DNA from: Nitrososphaeria archaeon
GTDB taxonomy: Archaea; Thermoproteota; Nitrososphaeria; Conexivisphaerales; UBA164
Direction of reading: 5' to 3'
Assembly: GCA_029775955.1 (NCBI GenBank)
Contig: JARVJW010000085.1
Location: 1-32,546, forward strand
DNA: 32,546 bases
Both the position numbers and the translations under genes were made by a program. Each line of letters starts with the position of its first letter. Position 1 is the first letter of the stretch. Below are positions 9,625 through 19,241 of the stretch, piece after piece. The notes under the pieces were generated by a model. That model saw only the letters and a list, made by a program, of their open reading frames with translations, made no database searches and was not told the origin of the DNA.

Positions 9625-10494
9625 TTAATGAGCTATTGACTTGATCATTGGCTTGTGAAATCCAACCTTAAGTATCGAATATTTAAAGCAGAGCGCCCCG
9701 ATTAAAATCAAAAAGGTAGCCAATAGATCAATGGGTTCCAATTTATTGGATATGATTACATAGAGGAAGATCGATGCAGGGACTACAAGTCCTAATACCA
9801 TAGCGCCAAGCCAGAATATCCTGTTAGCCCCGGTTTCCACCAATTCACGATATGATGTTATAGAAGCTGCATCATTCCTTCGCTTAAGGTCGTACAAGGA
9901 GATGGCTGATAAGATAACTACTACGATCGCGATCGAAGGAGTTACTATCCCCAGGTATGCAAGGCCAGCTCCTTCGATAAGAAGATACATATCAAGCAAC
10001 CCAACACCGCTGAGGAACGAATAGAGGTACATGGTGCTGAAAATCATCGGGGAGCGCCAGGCCGGGATATCAAGGACCGCCCTGAGGAGGAGTCCGGGAT
10101 ATGCGATAAGTATCAGTCCAATTATGAAATTTATTCCTGTCAGGAATGTGTTTAACCAGGTTATCCCGGCTAAATTTAAGATGAATAACAAAGCAGATAC
10201 TAGAACGAACACAATGCTAATCAGAGCCCCCCTTGACATCCAAGAAGTTTTCAGATTATTGATGACCTTCATTGAATTCATAGGTCTGCCCACCTCTGAC
10301 ATGAGGACTAGGAGGCCTAATATTACAAATATCGCCGACAGTGCAGAGACAGCGTTCATGATATGATATATATCTGGGTTTAATAGGGAAAATACTGCAT
10401 AAGCTACAAACATACCGCTTCCGACCCCTCCAAAGAAAAGATCTATGGCAACCCTGACCCCCCATACAGTCTGCCTAAATGGCTTGAACATCAT
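9625..10494 (-). CDS. NrfD/PsrC/DmsC-family membrane anchor subunit
   Basis: 289 aa with about 8 hydrophobic segments. Motifs W..vaidLFFGG.GSG, EVGRP...SWMSRG and IPAW. Overlaps the upstream gene by 4 bp. Confidence 0.88.
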   Translation of the reverse strand: MMFKPFRQTVWGVRVAIDLFFGGVGSGMFVAYAVFSLLNPDIYHIMNAVSALSAIFVILGLLVLMSEVGRPMNSMKVINNLKTSWMSRGALISIVFVLVSALLFILNLAGITWLNTFLTGINFIIGLILIAYPGLLLRAVLDIPAWRSPMIFSTMYLYSFLSGVGLLDMYLLIEGAGLAYLGIVTPSIAIVVVILSAISLYDLKRRNDAASITSYRELVETGANRIFWLGAMVLGLVVPASIFLYVIISNKLEPIDLLATFLILIGALCFKYSILKVGFHKPMIKSIAH

Positions 10495-11078
10495 TCTATT
10501 TCACCTATATAATAAACTGAGGGCTTATAATTATCATCTTCCTTGAGTGTCCAAGCTTTTTTATCTTTAATCATATGCTTAATTGAAGAGTCATCAACAT
10601 CTCCAAAATGAAGCGCATCATACGGGCACGTATCCACACACAATGGGTTTTCGCCATTTTGAACTCGATCGTAACATAGATCACACTTTTCAACGACACC
10701 CTTGGGTATAGGCTGTTTTAATTCTTCAGGAACCCAATCACTCCAATCATCGCCAGAGTTGAAGAATCTCTCCATATATGGGCACGCTACGATACAGTAC
10801 TTGCAGCCAAGGCAATTGTCATAGTCTATAAGCACAATGCCATCGGCGGTCTTATAGGTTGCTCCCGTGGGGCAAACTTTCAGGCATTCAGGGTTCTCAC
10901 AGTGCATGCACATCAAAGGGAAATAGGTCTTCTTAACGTCTGGAAATTCACCGCGCTCAATTTCAACTATCCTCCTCCAGAAAATATCCTTTGGGGTTCT
11001 GTTCTTAACTTTACATGCCGCTGTGCACGCGTTGCAACCCACACATTTATTCAATTCTACTACTACTGCGTGTTTCAA
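10491..11078 (-). CDS. Four-cluster 4Fe-4S electron transfer subunit (DmsB/NrfC/PsrB family)
   Basis: CVGCNACTAAC, CMHCENPECLKVCP, CLGCKYCIVACP and CDLC..CVDTCP give 16 Cys. TTG start overlaps the stop of the catalytic subunit. Confidence 0.95.
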   Translation of the reverse strand: MKHAVVVELNKCVGCNACTAACKVKNRTPKDIFWRRIVEIERGEFPDVKKTYFPLMCMHCENPECLKVCPTGATYKTADGIVLIDYDNCLGCKYCIVACPYMERFFNSGDDWSDWVPEELKQPIPKGVVEKCDLCYDRVQNGENPLCVDTCPYDALHFGDVDDSSIKHMIKDKKAWTLKEDDNYKPSVYYIGEIE

Positions 11079-13201
11079 TTTGATAACTTCCTAACTCTGC
11101 AGAGCCCTCCCCTCAACGATGTTGAGCCTATGCCGAGGGCGCATTTGCTGTTATCAGTAAGCAGGTTATCATTGGCTTCATCAGCCCACCCATGGGGAAC
11201 CCCGACTACCCTTGGGTCTATTCCCTGTGTCAATTTTGCCTTAAGGATAACCGACCCCCTCGGTGTCTCAACCTTGACCATTTCTCCATCTGATATGTTC
11301 AATGAGCTAGCGGTCTTCGGATTGATCTCCAAAAGAGGTTCTGGATTGATATCCCTGAGGGCTGGAATGTTTCTCTGACCTGTATGGAAGAATGTTGAAA
11401 CCCTCCTCCCTGTGGTCATTACTAGAGGATATTCCCTGTATATATCAGGCGTGCTGTACGGACTCTCAAACGGCTCCGTGTAAAACGGCAATGGATCATA
11501 TCCCCACTCCTTAAGCCTTCTTGAATAGAGCTCGATCTTCTTTGACGGTGTATTGAACCCTTCCCTGAGCCTCTTCCCTATATCGGGATTGTGCTTGATT
11601 ATACCGCCCTTGGATCGGAATTGCTCAAATGTTATGCCCAATGGGCTCAGTATATAATTAAGGTAATCTTCCTCAGAGTTCCAAAAGTTGGGCAACCCCA
11701 GCTTCTTGGCCAACTCGATCATTATCCAAATGTCAGAATGAGCCTCCCCGACAGAAGTTACCTTCTGCCTTATCCTTAGGTGACCGTAGGTAGCCTGGGC
11801 CGTGTCAACCAAGCCATCCTGTTCAAGCCAGGAAGATGCGGGCAGGATGATATCAGCTAGCTCTGCCGTCTTTGATATAAAAAGATCAGCTACTACAAGG
11901 AATTCTACTGATTTAAGCGCCTTGACCGCCATCTCGGAGTTAGCTATTGATAACGCCGGGTTCCCACCCATTATGAACATGGCCCTTATGGGATACGGTT
12001 TTCCAGTAAGTATAGCATTAAGAATGGTTGGGTAATGAGCCATGGGAAAATTAATCTTCAGATAACGGCTTAGGATTGGATATTCATCAGCGCCCAACCT
12101 TTTCCTATCCATCTCCGCTGGCAGGCTTTCTATAAGTATAAAATCATTGTTATCTATGAACACCTGTCCCGCTGTTTCAGGAAATATATTGCCACCTGCT
12201 ATATCTACGTTCCCAGTTATGGAAGCCAGTATCGATACTGCCCTTCCGAGCTGTATCGGATCAACTATCTCATCAAATGTAGCTGAAATAGTTATAGAGG
12301 CTGGGCTGTTCTTAGCGTACATACGTGCTGCCTGAATTAATTTATCCTTGGGCACCCAGGTTATCTCAGAAACCTTTTCAGGGGTGTATTCAGATGCCCT
12401 CTTTTTTAGCTCATCAAATCCTATGCAATATTTATTTACATATGCCTGATCGTAAAGGCCCTCATTTATTATGATGTTGATCATGCCAAGAGCCAATGCT
12501 ACATCGGTCCCAGGCCTAACTGGCAGCCAGATATCGGCCTTGGATGCGATGTTGCTCTGAACTGGATCTACCACTATCAGCTTAGCGCCTGCATTTCTAG
12601 CTGACATCAACTTTTTGGATTTAAGCGCCCAGGTGGCTGGCGGATTAGCTCCCCAAACAAGTATGCAGGACGATTTGGATAAATCTGGCCATTCCAGCGC
12701 TATGCCGCCAAAGGTTAAATTCTGTGATATGCTTCGGGGCGTAAAGCATTGAGCACCACCGGATTCCGTCCAATTTGGAGTCCCGAAGGCATTGGCGAAC
12801 CTGTTGAAGACCCTGATCCATGAACCACGATTTGTACCCCTGGCCATCACTACAGCTTCAGGGCCTGATTCCGTTTTTATATCGTTTAATTTCTTTGCTA
12901 TAGTACTTAGGGCTTCTTCCCAAGATATTCGCCTCCATTTACCCGAACCTCTTTCACCATCCCTGGCCATTGGATATTTAATTCGCTGTGGATGGTAAAG
13001 GATCTGTATTGACGCAATGCCCTTAGGGCAAATCGATCCTTCGCTCATGGGATCATCCTTATCTGCTATTATCCTTGTTACCTTCCCTCCTTCAATTCCG
13101 ACAAGGACACCACACTGATTATGACCACATATAGAGCAGCAGGTTTTTACCCATTTGGTGGGGCCTTCTCCCCCTGATTGAAGGGTGCCATGGACCATCA
13201 T
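11075..13201 (-). CDS. Mo/W-bis-PGD oxidoreductase catalytic subunit (DMSO reductase family, acetylene-hydratase-like clade), no Tat signal
   Basis: 708 aa. FS0 motif Cx2Cx4Cx27C-PKG, RISWEEAL, WGANP, PGTDVALALG, S.TAELADIILPA..WLE, and a C-terminal molybdopterin-dinucleotide domain. GTPNW...QC is the putative Cys metal ligand. SD GGAGG upstream. Confidence 0.93.
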   Translation of the reverse strand: MMVHGTLQSGGEGPTKWVKTCCSICGHNQCGVLVGIEGGKVTRIIADKDDPMSEGSICPKGIASIQILYHPQRIKYPMARDGERGSGKWRRISWEEALSTIAKKLNDIKTESGPEAVVMARGTNRGSWIRVFNRFANAFGTPNWTESGGAQCFTPRSISQNLTFGGIALEWPDLSKSSCILVWGANPPATWALKSKKLMSARNAGAKLIVVDPVQSNIASKADIWLPVRPGTDVALALGMINIIINEGLYDQAYVNKYCIGFDELKKRASEYTPEKVSEITWVPKDKLIQAARMYAKNSPASITISATFDEIVDPIQLGRAVSILASITGNVDIAGGNIFPETAGQVFIDNNDFILIESLPAEMDRKRLGADEYPILSRYLKINFPMAHYPTILNAILTGKPYPIRAMFIMGGNPALSIANSEMAVKALKSVEFLVVADLFISKTAELADIILPASSWLEQDGLVDTAQATYGHLRIRQKVTSVGEAHSDIWIMIELAKKLGLPNFWNSEEDYLNYILSPLGITFEQFRSKGGIIKHNPDIGKRLREGFNTPSKKIELYSRRLKEWGYDPLPFYTEPFESPYSTPDIYREYPLVMTTGRRVSTFFHTGQRNIPALRDINPEPLLEINPKTASSLNISDGEMVKVETPRGSVILKAKLTQGIDPRVVGVPHGWADEANDNLLTDNSKCALGIGSTSLRGGLCRVRKLSN

Positions 13202-13423
13202 AATTCAAATTTCCTCCTTCATAGTTAACCACTTTGCGGATATTAAATGTTGTTGTTATGTTCGGAAATCATTTTTTCCTGCTCAAGAAATGATAGATAT
13301 ATATTATCTCCATTTTAGGTAGCCAGGCATGCAGGGAGGCGCTTTACCGTTCATCTTAACTGTCATGAAGATGGACAGATATCCGGATGCGGAATGTATG
13401 GTGCCTTTGTTCCTCTTGATAAA

Positions 13424-14479
13424 TCTGACATACTCTCCACCCTAAAGGGTTCTAAGGTCTCTATCATTCTTGAAGTTGCCTCTTTGGGTATGTGCTCCCC
13501 TTGCACGCATCTGCATGCAATTGACTTCCCATTAAAGGTGGACGCAACGCTATGTTGAATAAAGCGTTTGCATCAGCGTGGTCAACGTGCCCACATTGGC
13601 ACTTCCCTGAGCGGTTGCCTATCTGTCCACACCTTGAACATTCCTTCAATGTATGATACGGATCAACAACGCGCATTCCAAGTAGTCTGGCTTTGTATTC
13701 TAGCATCTGTTATAGAATGACCAGCTATTCAAGGAATACCTGAAATTTCTGCTAGATTTTGCATTTCTTATCCCCTGCAGATATTCAAGCTTAATTCCAA
13801 CTCTGTTTCGCTTCCTCTTTTCTTTGATGCTTTATGGTTCAGGTCTTTTTTTTATATTTTTCTTTATCATTTATTTCTTTGACCTTCATGTATTTCGCTT
13901 TCTTCTGCAGGTTCTTTATCATATTCTTGTATTTCTTATGTATGTGCTCTGCTAAGTTTTAGGACTTAGCTACAACAGCAATATGCCCAGTCGTGTTTCT
14001 ATCAACCCCTAAATATGAAAGGGGTTCAATCATGTTTTCCTCTGGGACTGTCACTGAAATATATACATATTCCTTGTCAACCTGATTTATTTTCAGGAAA
14101 TCGTTTCTGAAGTGAAAGTCAGGTTTAGGGACGGTATCACAATCTTTCTCTCTTCATGGCTGAACTTTATCCCCTGTGCTGGAATGGTTCACACTACTAA
14201 CTTCCTTTGCGTTCCTGTTTCTTGCATATTTCCTCAATATCTGGTTGGATATAATTGACTTAAATCCAAATTGTTTCGCATCCGCTAAAGAGGTTGGACG
14301 ATATGGCATATTCTGTTATCTTCCATGCAAGTTCAATCAAGAAATTACGGTTGTGCTTTGTACGTTAATATCATACTTTTTTCTGCTCCTCGATTTATTA
14401 CACTTTCAATATACTTTGATTACATTATAAACATATTGCACCCACATCGCGAGCTCAGTGGCTTTCTTGCGACGTCATT
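13424..14479 (-). mobile_element. tnpB: Full-span decayed tnpB-only IS200/IS605 element (family C, copy 2)
   Basis: First 450 bp are near-identical to 4023-4472. Continues with LGVDRN (RuvC-I) and upstream TnpB fragments, then a left-end-like hairpin region at about 14440-14479. Confidence 0.8.
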
Positions 14480-14620
14480 ATAATAATTAAGATATTCAGC
14501 TTGGGAAATGGCAATGGTTGCATCAATCAACGGCAGGTTAATCGTGATGTAGCGGTTGATGGGCACGAGTCACCAAGCGCAGCTAAAGTTTAATAACAAT
14601 ACCTGCACTAAAGCAGTTTA

Positions 14621-16369
14621 ATGAAGTCCTATCATGCACACAGGCTCAGTTATTTTGAAAAGTGGGCAATGATCGGATTACTTGTTGGCGTGATAGCCGG
14701 ACTTTCTTCAATGGCTGTTTATTTCGCGCTGAGGCTTATTGAATACATATTCCTATTTAGGGGAGCAGGAATTTTGCTTCCGGTGCCAATAGGGGAGGGG
14801 GGAAGCATAGTTTTCAGCTATACTGGGTTAAGGACGTACTTGCTGCCCATAATTGCTGCTTCTGGAGCTTTTATTTCTGGAATCCTTATTAGATTTTCAC
14901 CCAACGCTTCAGGCAACGGGACAGACAAAACAATTGAGGCGTTCCACTACAAGCACGGAAAGTTTGATAAATTTGGCTGGTTGGTAAAACTTCTGGCATC
15001 TGCTTTTACCATAGGAACAGGCGGCAGTGCTGGCAGGGAGGGGCCCGAAGCATTTATTTCAGCTGGCCTTTCATCTAACATTTCAGGAATTCTGAAAATT
15101 TCCCCTGAGGACAGGAGAAAGATAGTGGCTGTGGCACTTGGGGCAGGGATAGGAACTATATTTAAATCGCCAATTGCTGGAGCTCTGCTTTCAGCTGAGC
15201 TGCTCTACAGGAGGGATTTTGAATACGAAGTTATTTTTCCTTCATTAATTGCCTCAGCTGTTGGATATATAATATTTGGCTTAGCAGTTGGCTATGGGCC
15301 TATCTTTGGCATATATATCTATACTTTTTCAATTTACCAGGTGCCGTCATTTATCCTGCTGGGCCTAGTATGTGGTGCATTTGCCATCCTTTATGTAAAA
15401 ACAATGTTCGGATTTGAGCGTGTTTTCAGTAGGTTAAAGGCTCCACTGGCTGTTCGCGCTGCAATAGGAGGGCTGGCAGTTGGGATTATTGGCATGATGT
15501 TCCCTGAAATTATTTCCGTGGGATATGGGTGGATGAATTTAATAATGCTTGATAAAACATATGAACTGGTTGGGTTGGGCCTGAGCCCGCTTTTAATTTT
15601 AATTCTGCTTCCATTTTTGAAAATACTTGCTACTTCCTTGACCATAGGAAGTGGAGGCTCCGGAGGAGAATTTGCTCCCGGCATAATGATTGGGGGATTG
15701 GTGGGCTCAGCTTTTGGGGTTATGCTAAATTTATTATCAGGAGGTTCGTCCTCACTTGTGCCCTATGCTATTATCGGCATGGCAGCACTTTTTGGCGCTG
15801 CAGCAAATGCGCCAATTTCAGTAATGATAATGGCAATCGAAATGGGAGGCAGCATAGAGCTTCTTCCTCCTGCAATGCTGGCATCTGTTGTGTCATATCT
15901 GATAGCATGGAAATTTTCACTTTACCATTCACAGGTAACTACGAGGCGTGATTCGCCAGCCCATGCACAGGAATATTCGGTCCCCCTGCTTTCAACGATA
16001 AAAGTGGAAGACATCAGCATAAAAAATGTTTCAGTAAACCTTCATTCATCAGTAGAGGACGCTGTTGCAAAAATGAGGTCTGAGGGTATGGCCTCAATCC
16101 CGGTAATAGACTTGAATGATGTATTTGTGGGAATTGTTAGGCTATCTGACCTTAATGAGGCTAAAACCCTATCTGAAAAGGTTATAAAAGGAACGCCCTA
16201 TATTAGGCCGGAGTCAAATCTAGAACAGGCATGGGAGGCGCTGGCATCATCCAGGTCGTCCTGGGTACCAGTGGTAAAGAATGGAAGATTTGTGGGAATA
16301 ATAACAGTCGATGAAATGCTAGACGGGTATAAAAAATTCTCAAGGGTTGTGACATCCTCCCACGGCTAA
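14621..16369 (+). CDS. ClC-family chloride channel/antiporter with C-terminal CBS pair; last residues supplied by an IS
   Basis: 582 aa. Motifs GNGTD, GGSAGREGP, FKSPIAG, GSGGSGGEFAP and SLY, plus CBS motifs (IPVID..VGIV, VPVV..GRFVGIIT). TTTAATA lies about 32 nt upstream. Confidence 0.93.
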   Translation: MKSYHAHRLSYFEKWAMIGLLVGVIAGLSSMAVYFALRLIEYIFLFRGAGILLPVPIGEGGSIVFSYTGLRTYLLPIIAASGAFISGILIRFSPNASGNGTDKTIEAFHYKHGKFDKFGWLVKLLASAFTIGTGGSAGREGPEAFISAGLSSNISGILKISPEDRRKIVAVALGAGIGTIFKSPIAGALLSAELLYRRDFEYEVIFPSLIASAVGYIIFGLAVGYGPIFGIYIYTFSIYQVPSFILLGLVCGAFAILYVKTMFGFERVFSRLKAPLAVRAAIGGLAVGIIGMMFPEIISVGYGWMNLIMLDKTYELVGLGLSPLLILILLPFLKILATSLTIGSGGSGGEFAPGIMIGGLVGSAFGVMLNLLSGGSSSLVPYAIIGMAALFGAAANAPISVMIMAIEMGGSIELLPPAMLASVVSYLIAWKFSLYHSQVTTRRDSPAHAQEYSVPLLSTIKVEDISIKNVSVNLHSSVEDAVAKMRSEGMASIPVIDLNDVFVGIVRLSDLNEAKTLSEKVIKGTPYIRPESNLEQAWEALASSRSSWVPVVKNGRFVGIITVDEMLDGYKKFSRVVTSSHG

Positions 16370-17665
16370 AGCGTGTGGGCTTCCTCTGCGTTTATGTAAT
16401 TCTGCAGAGGATGTGTTTTATCGGTTCTCAGTTCATCGAGAGTTGCCTCCCGTTGAGGTCTTACACTCTCTCCCTGAGCGTAAATTCGGGCAAGTCCTGC
16501 CCTACCTCTTTTGAGTATATTTATGGCTGCGTTGATATCCCTATCCATTGATATCCCGCACCTATTACAGACATACGTCCTTTCAGAAAGCGGCATGTCC
16601 TGAACGTTACCACAATTGCTGCACTCCTTTGACGTGTTTCTCGGATTCACCTTGACTACTCTCAAACCAGCACTTTCAGCCTTGTATGAGAGCAGTTGGA
16701 TGAACCTGTTCCATGAAGCGTCCTGTACCGAACCCGCTAACTTGTGGTCCTTCATCATGTTTTGGATATGAAGGCCTTCCACAACGAATGAAGTGTAGCC
16801 AGAACTGACGAGCGCATGTGAAAGCTTATGCAGATAGTCGTTTGACTGGTTTTTGGAATGTTCATATATTATTTGGAGGCGCTCCTTTGCCTTCTCCCTC
16901 CTTTTTGAGCCCTTGTTCCTCCTTGCGATTATCCTTTGCCACCTTGCAATCCTCTTCCTTTTTTCTCGCATGAACTTCGGCTTTTGTATTTTTGTTCCGC
17001 CTGAGAGCGCAATAAAAGAGTTCAGCCCCAGGTCCATCCCTACGGGGTTGGTATCCTCCACTTCTGGGCGTTTGATTTCATTAATTGTGACGAAGGTCGC
17101 ATAATAACTTCTTCCTTTATCGCAAGCGTCTTGACCGTGCCCTCTATCTTCCTATGCAATTTTATTGGCATCGTCCCTATCCTTGAGACCCTTAGCCTTC
17201 CTTATTATTGAAAAGGAGCCGTTGTCCTGAGGATATGTTATTGACCTGTATCTGTCCCTTGATTTGAACCTTGGGAAGCCCGCCTTCCCCTCCTTTATCC
17301 TCCTGAAGAAGTTCTGGTATGCCCTTAGAAGCCTGAATTTTATATCTAATCTTGTCTGCGAATACAGCTTCAGGTATTCCCTGTCCTCCTGGATTATTTC
17401 CTTCGCGAACCTATTGAGTTGAGCCATCGAAATCTTTGTATTCCCGTTCTTATAGGATTCTATTGACTTTTCAAGGAGCCTGTTGTAGAACTGCTGGGCA
17501 AGGATTAGAAGTTCATCTACCTTCTCCTGCGTTGTAACATTAGGATAGATTCTGAACTTGTATGCCCTTATCAGTTCCATACAATTTATATTTTTATTCA
17601 TGTTTATAAGCCCTGCTATGGTTCGCTTTTACCCATAAATGGTGTGGGATTTCTCGCTCGCAAGG
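16349..17665 (-). mobile_element. tnpB: tnpB-only (IS1341-type) element with both ends recognisable; tnpB split into ORFs 17152-17601 and 16366-17061 (family F)
   Basis: N-part RAYKFRIYPN..GFPRFK. C-part GMDLGL, VVEGL, CSNC..CNRC and MDRDINAAINI. Right end GGAGGATGTCAC with hairpin; left end flanked by TTTAA (17666-17670). Confidence 0.92.
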
Positions 17666-17703
17666 TTAAACAGCTACACTAATCCCTATAAGCAAATATA
17701 ACC

Positions 17704-19207
17704 GGTATACATCTTTACAAGCCAGCATAGTTGATATATATTATAGAAAGCTTTGTACAATAAGTGTACACTTGATCACGTTGAGGATTTGGGACAGGCA
17801 GGGCAAGATAAAATGTATAAGGCTTTTAAACAGGTACGATACCTGAAAGGGTAATTGGAAAAAAAGAAGAAAGATTTGAAGCTGTAAGGGTTTCATCAAG
17901 GGACCAGAAGAACGATTTATGAGCGCAAATCTAAAGGCTTATAGCTGTGGCAAATGGTATTCAATGTCAGGAGCGGATTTTCAATAATGGCTTAACCGAG
18001 GTAATGAAACTTGTGGAGGAAAACAAGGTGTCAACGCACAGGCTCGTAAGGTTTGGTTAAGTATATGTAAAATTCATGGAACTGAGACCGTGGATGGTGA
18101 GGAAACCCTGTCGGCCCAGGAAGAGCTTACAAGGGACTTGATTTCAATCATAACTTTTCAATCATTTACGGATTTCGGTCGCATAAGGCAAAGGAAATAC
18201 TGAAGGCGATAAAATCATGAACCATTTATGGAAATTCAAAAGAGGACAATTGTTTGGACTATGAACCACAGAAGGAAGTACCTCACCATATGCAGAATGT
18301 GATAAGGCGGTTCTTGAGGTTGCCTATGAAATGGCTATACATTATTGCAATAGGATACCTTCGCCAATTACATTGAGGTCAAGCCATGGTTCGTGTCAAA
18401 TTACGATTATGCAATTCACCACCTCAACCCCGTTTCCGCCGTTGCCTGATAATATAAGAAAAACAATCATGGCTAGCTGAGGATACCTGTTGTGAAGAAG
18501 CTTGAAATGAGGATTGACGGCGAGCTGTTCAAGGTGACAAAGTAACGCTCCAGCCCGGGCATTACGCTTACGTCCAAATAACAACTGAGAATAAACACAG
18601 TAAAAGCTGAGATATAATTTTGTGTGTGTTAACCATATCGGAAAGGACCCTGGCTTCGTTGCGCATGACTTTTCCGCTATAGATTTCACGTTTGCTGAGT
18701 GATGACAGGCCTGTGCTAAAAGGAACTGACATAGCACACATACAGAACGACTCCGGGAGGAAGAAGCTACAAGCGCAATAAAGGGAAGAAGTACAGAAAA
18801 TCAGTTCAAGCAGGCAGAACTATGTAAATGATGCCTTGCTACTGTGAAGGAAAACCCAGCGCATCATTTGTATTTGAAGTCTTGGACTAGTGGAAGCAAC
18901 AGGAAGTTCAGGGGAAAGTTGAACAAATGAAAGGCTTACCAAAAGATGATTGAATGCAAGTCCCAATATGTTTACGTGAACTCAAGGGGGACTTCAGAGT
19001 GTCCTGCAAGTGGTGATAAGTTGGGATATCGAAATGCGAAACATGTGACATTGACCAATAGGCTGGCTTGCCATAACCCTGCGGCTACCGTGAGTGCGGA
19101 TGGCCTTTGAATGATGGATACCTGCACACTAGACACTAGCCCAGTAGCCGGAGCTGGCTTTCAATGCTCCAAATGAGTTAGAGGAATTTATAACCTTTCA
19201 GAAACGG
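17704..19207 (+). mobile_element. Heavily decayed IS607-family element (serine recombinase tnpA + tnpB), copy 1
   Basis: TnpA remnants LRIWDRQGKIKC, VSSRDQKNDL, RLVRFG, EELTRDLISII and YGFRSHK. The tnpB part aligns with 21260-22449. Both proposed ends fall at GG dinucleotides. Confidence 0.8.
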
Positions 19208-19241
19208 CACAACAAACATAAATACCATTTTATGTAAATAA

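Noticed and set aside
14621..16369. GNG instead of GSG motif suggesting a fluoride-specific CLC-F
   Set aside because: The CLC-F signatures GREGT and GEVTP are absent (GREGP and GEFAP here), and no fluoride riboswitch was recognised.
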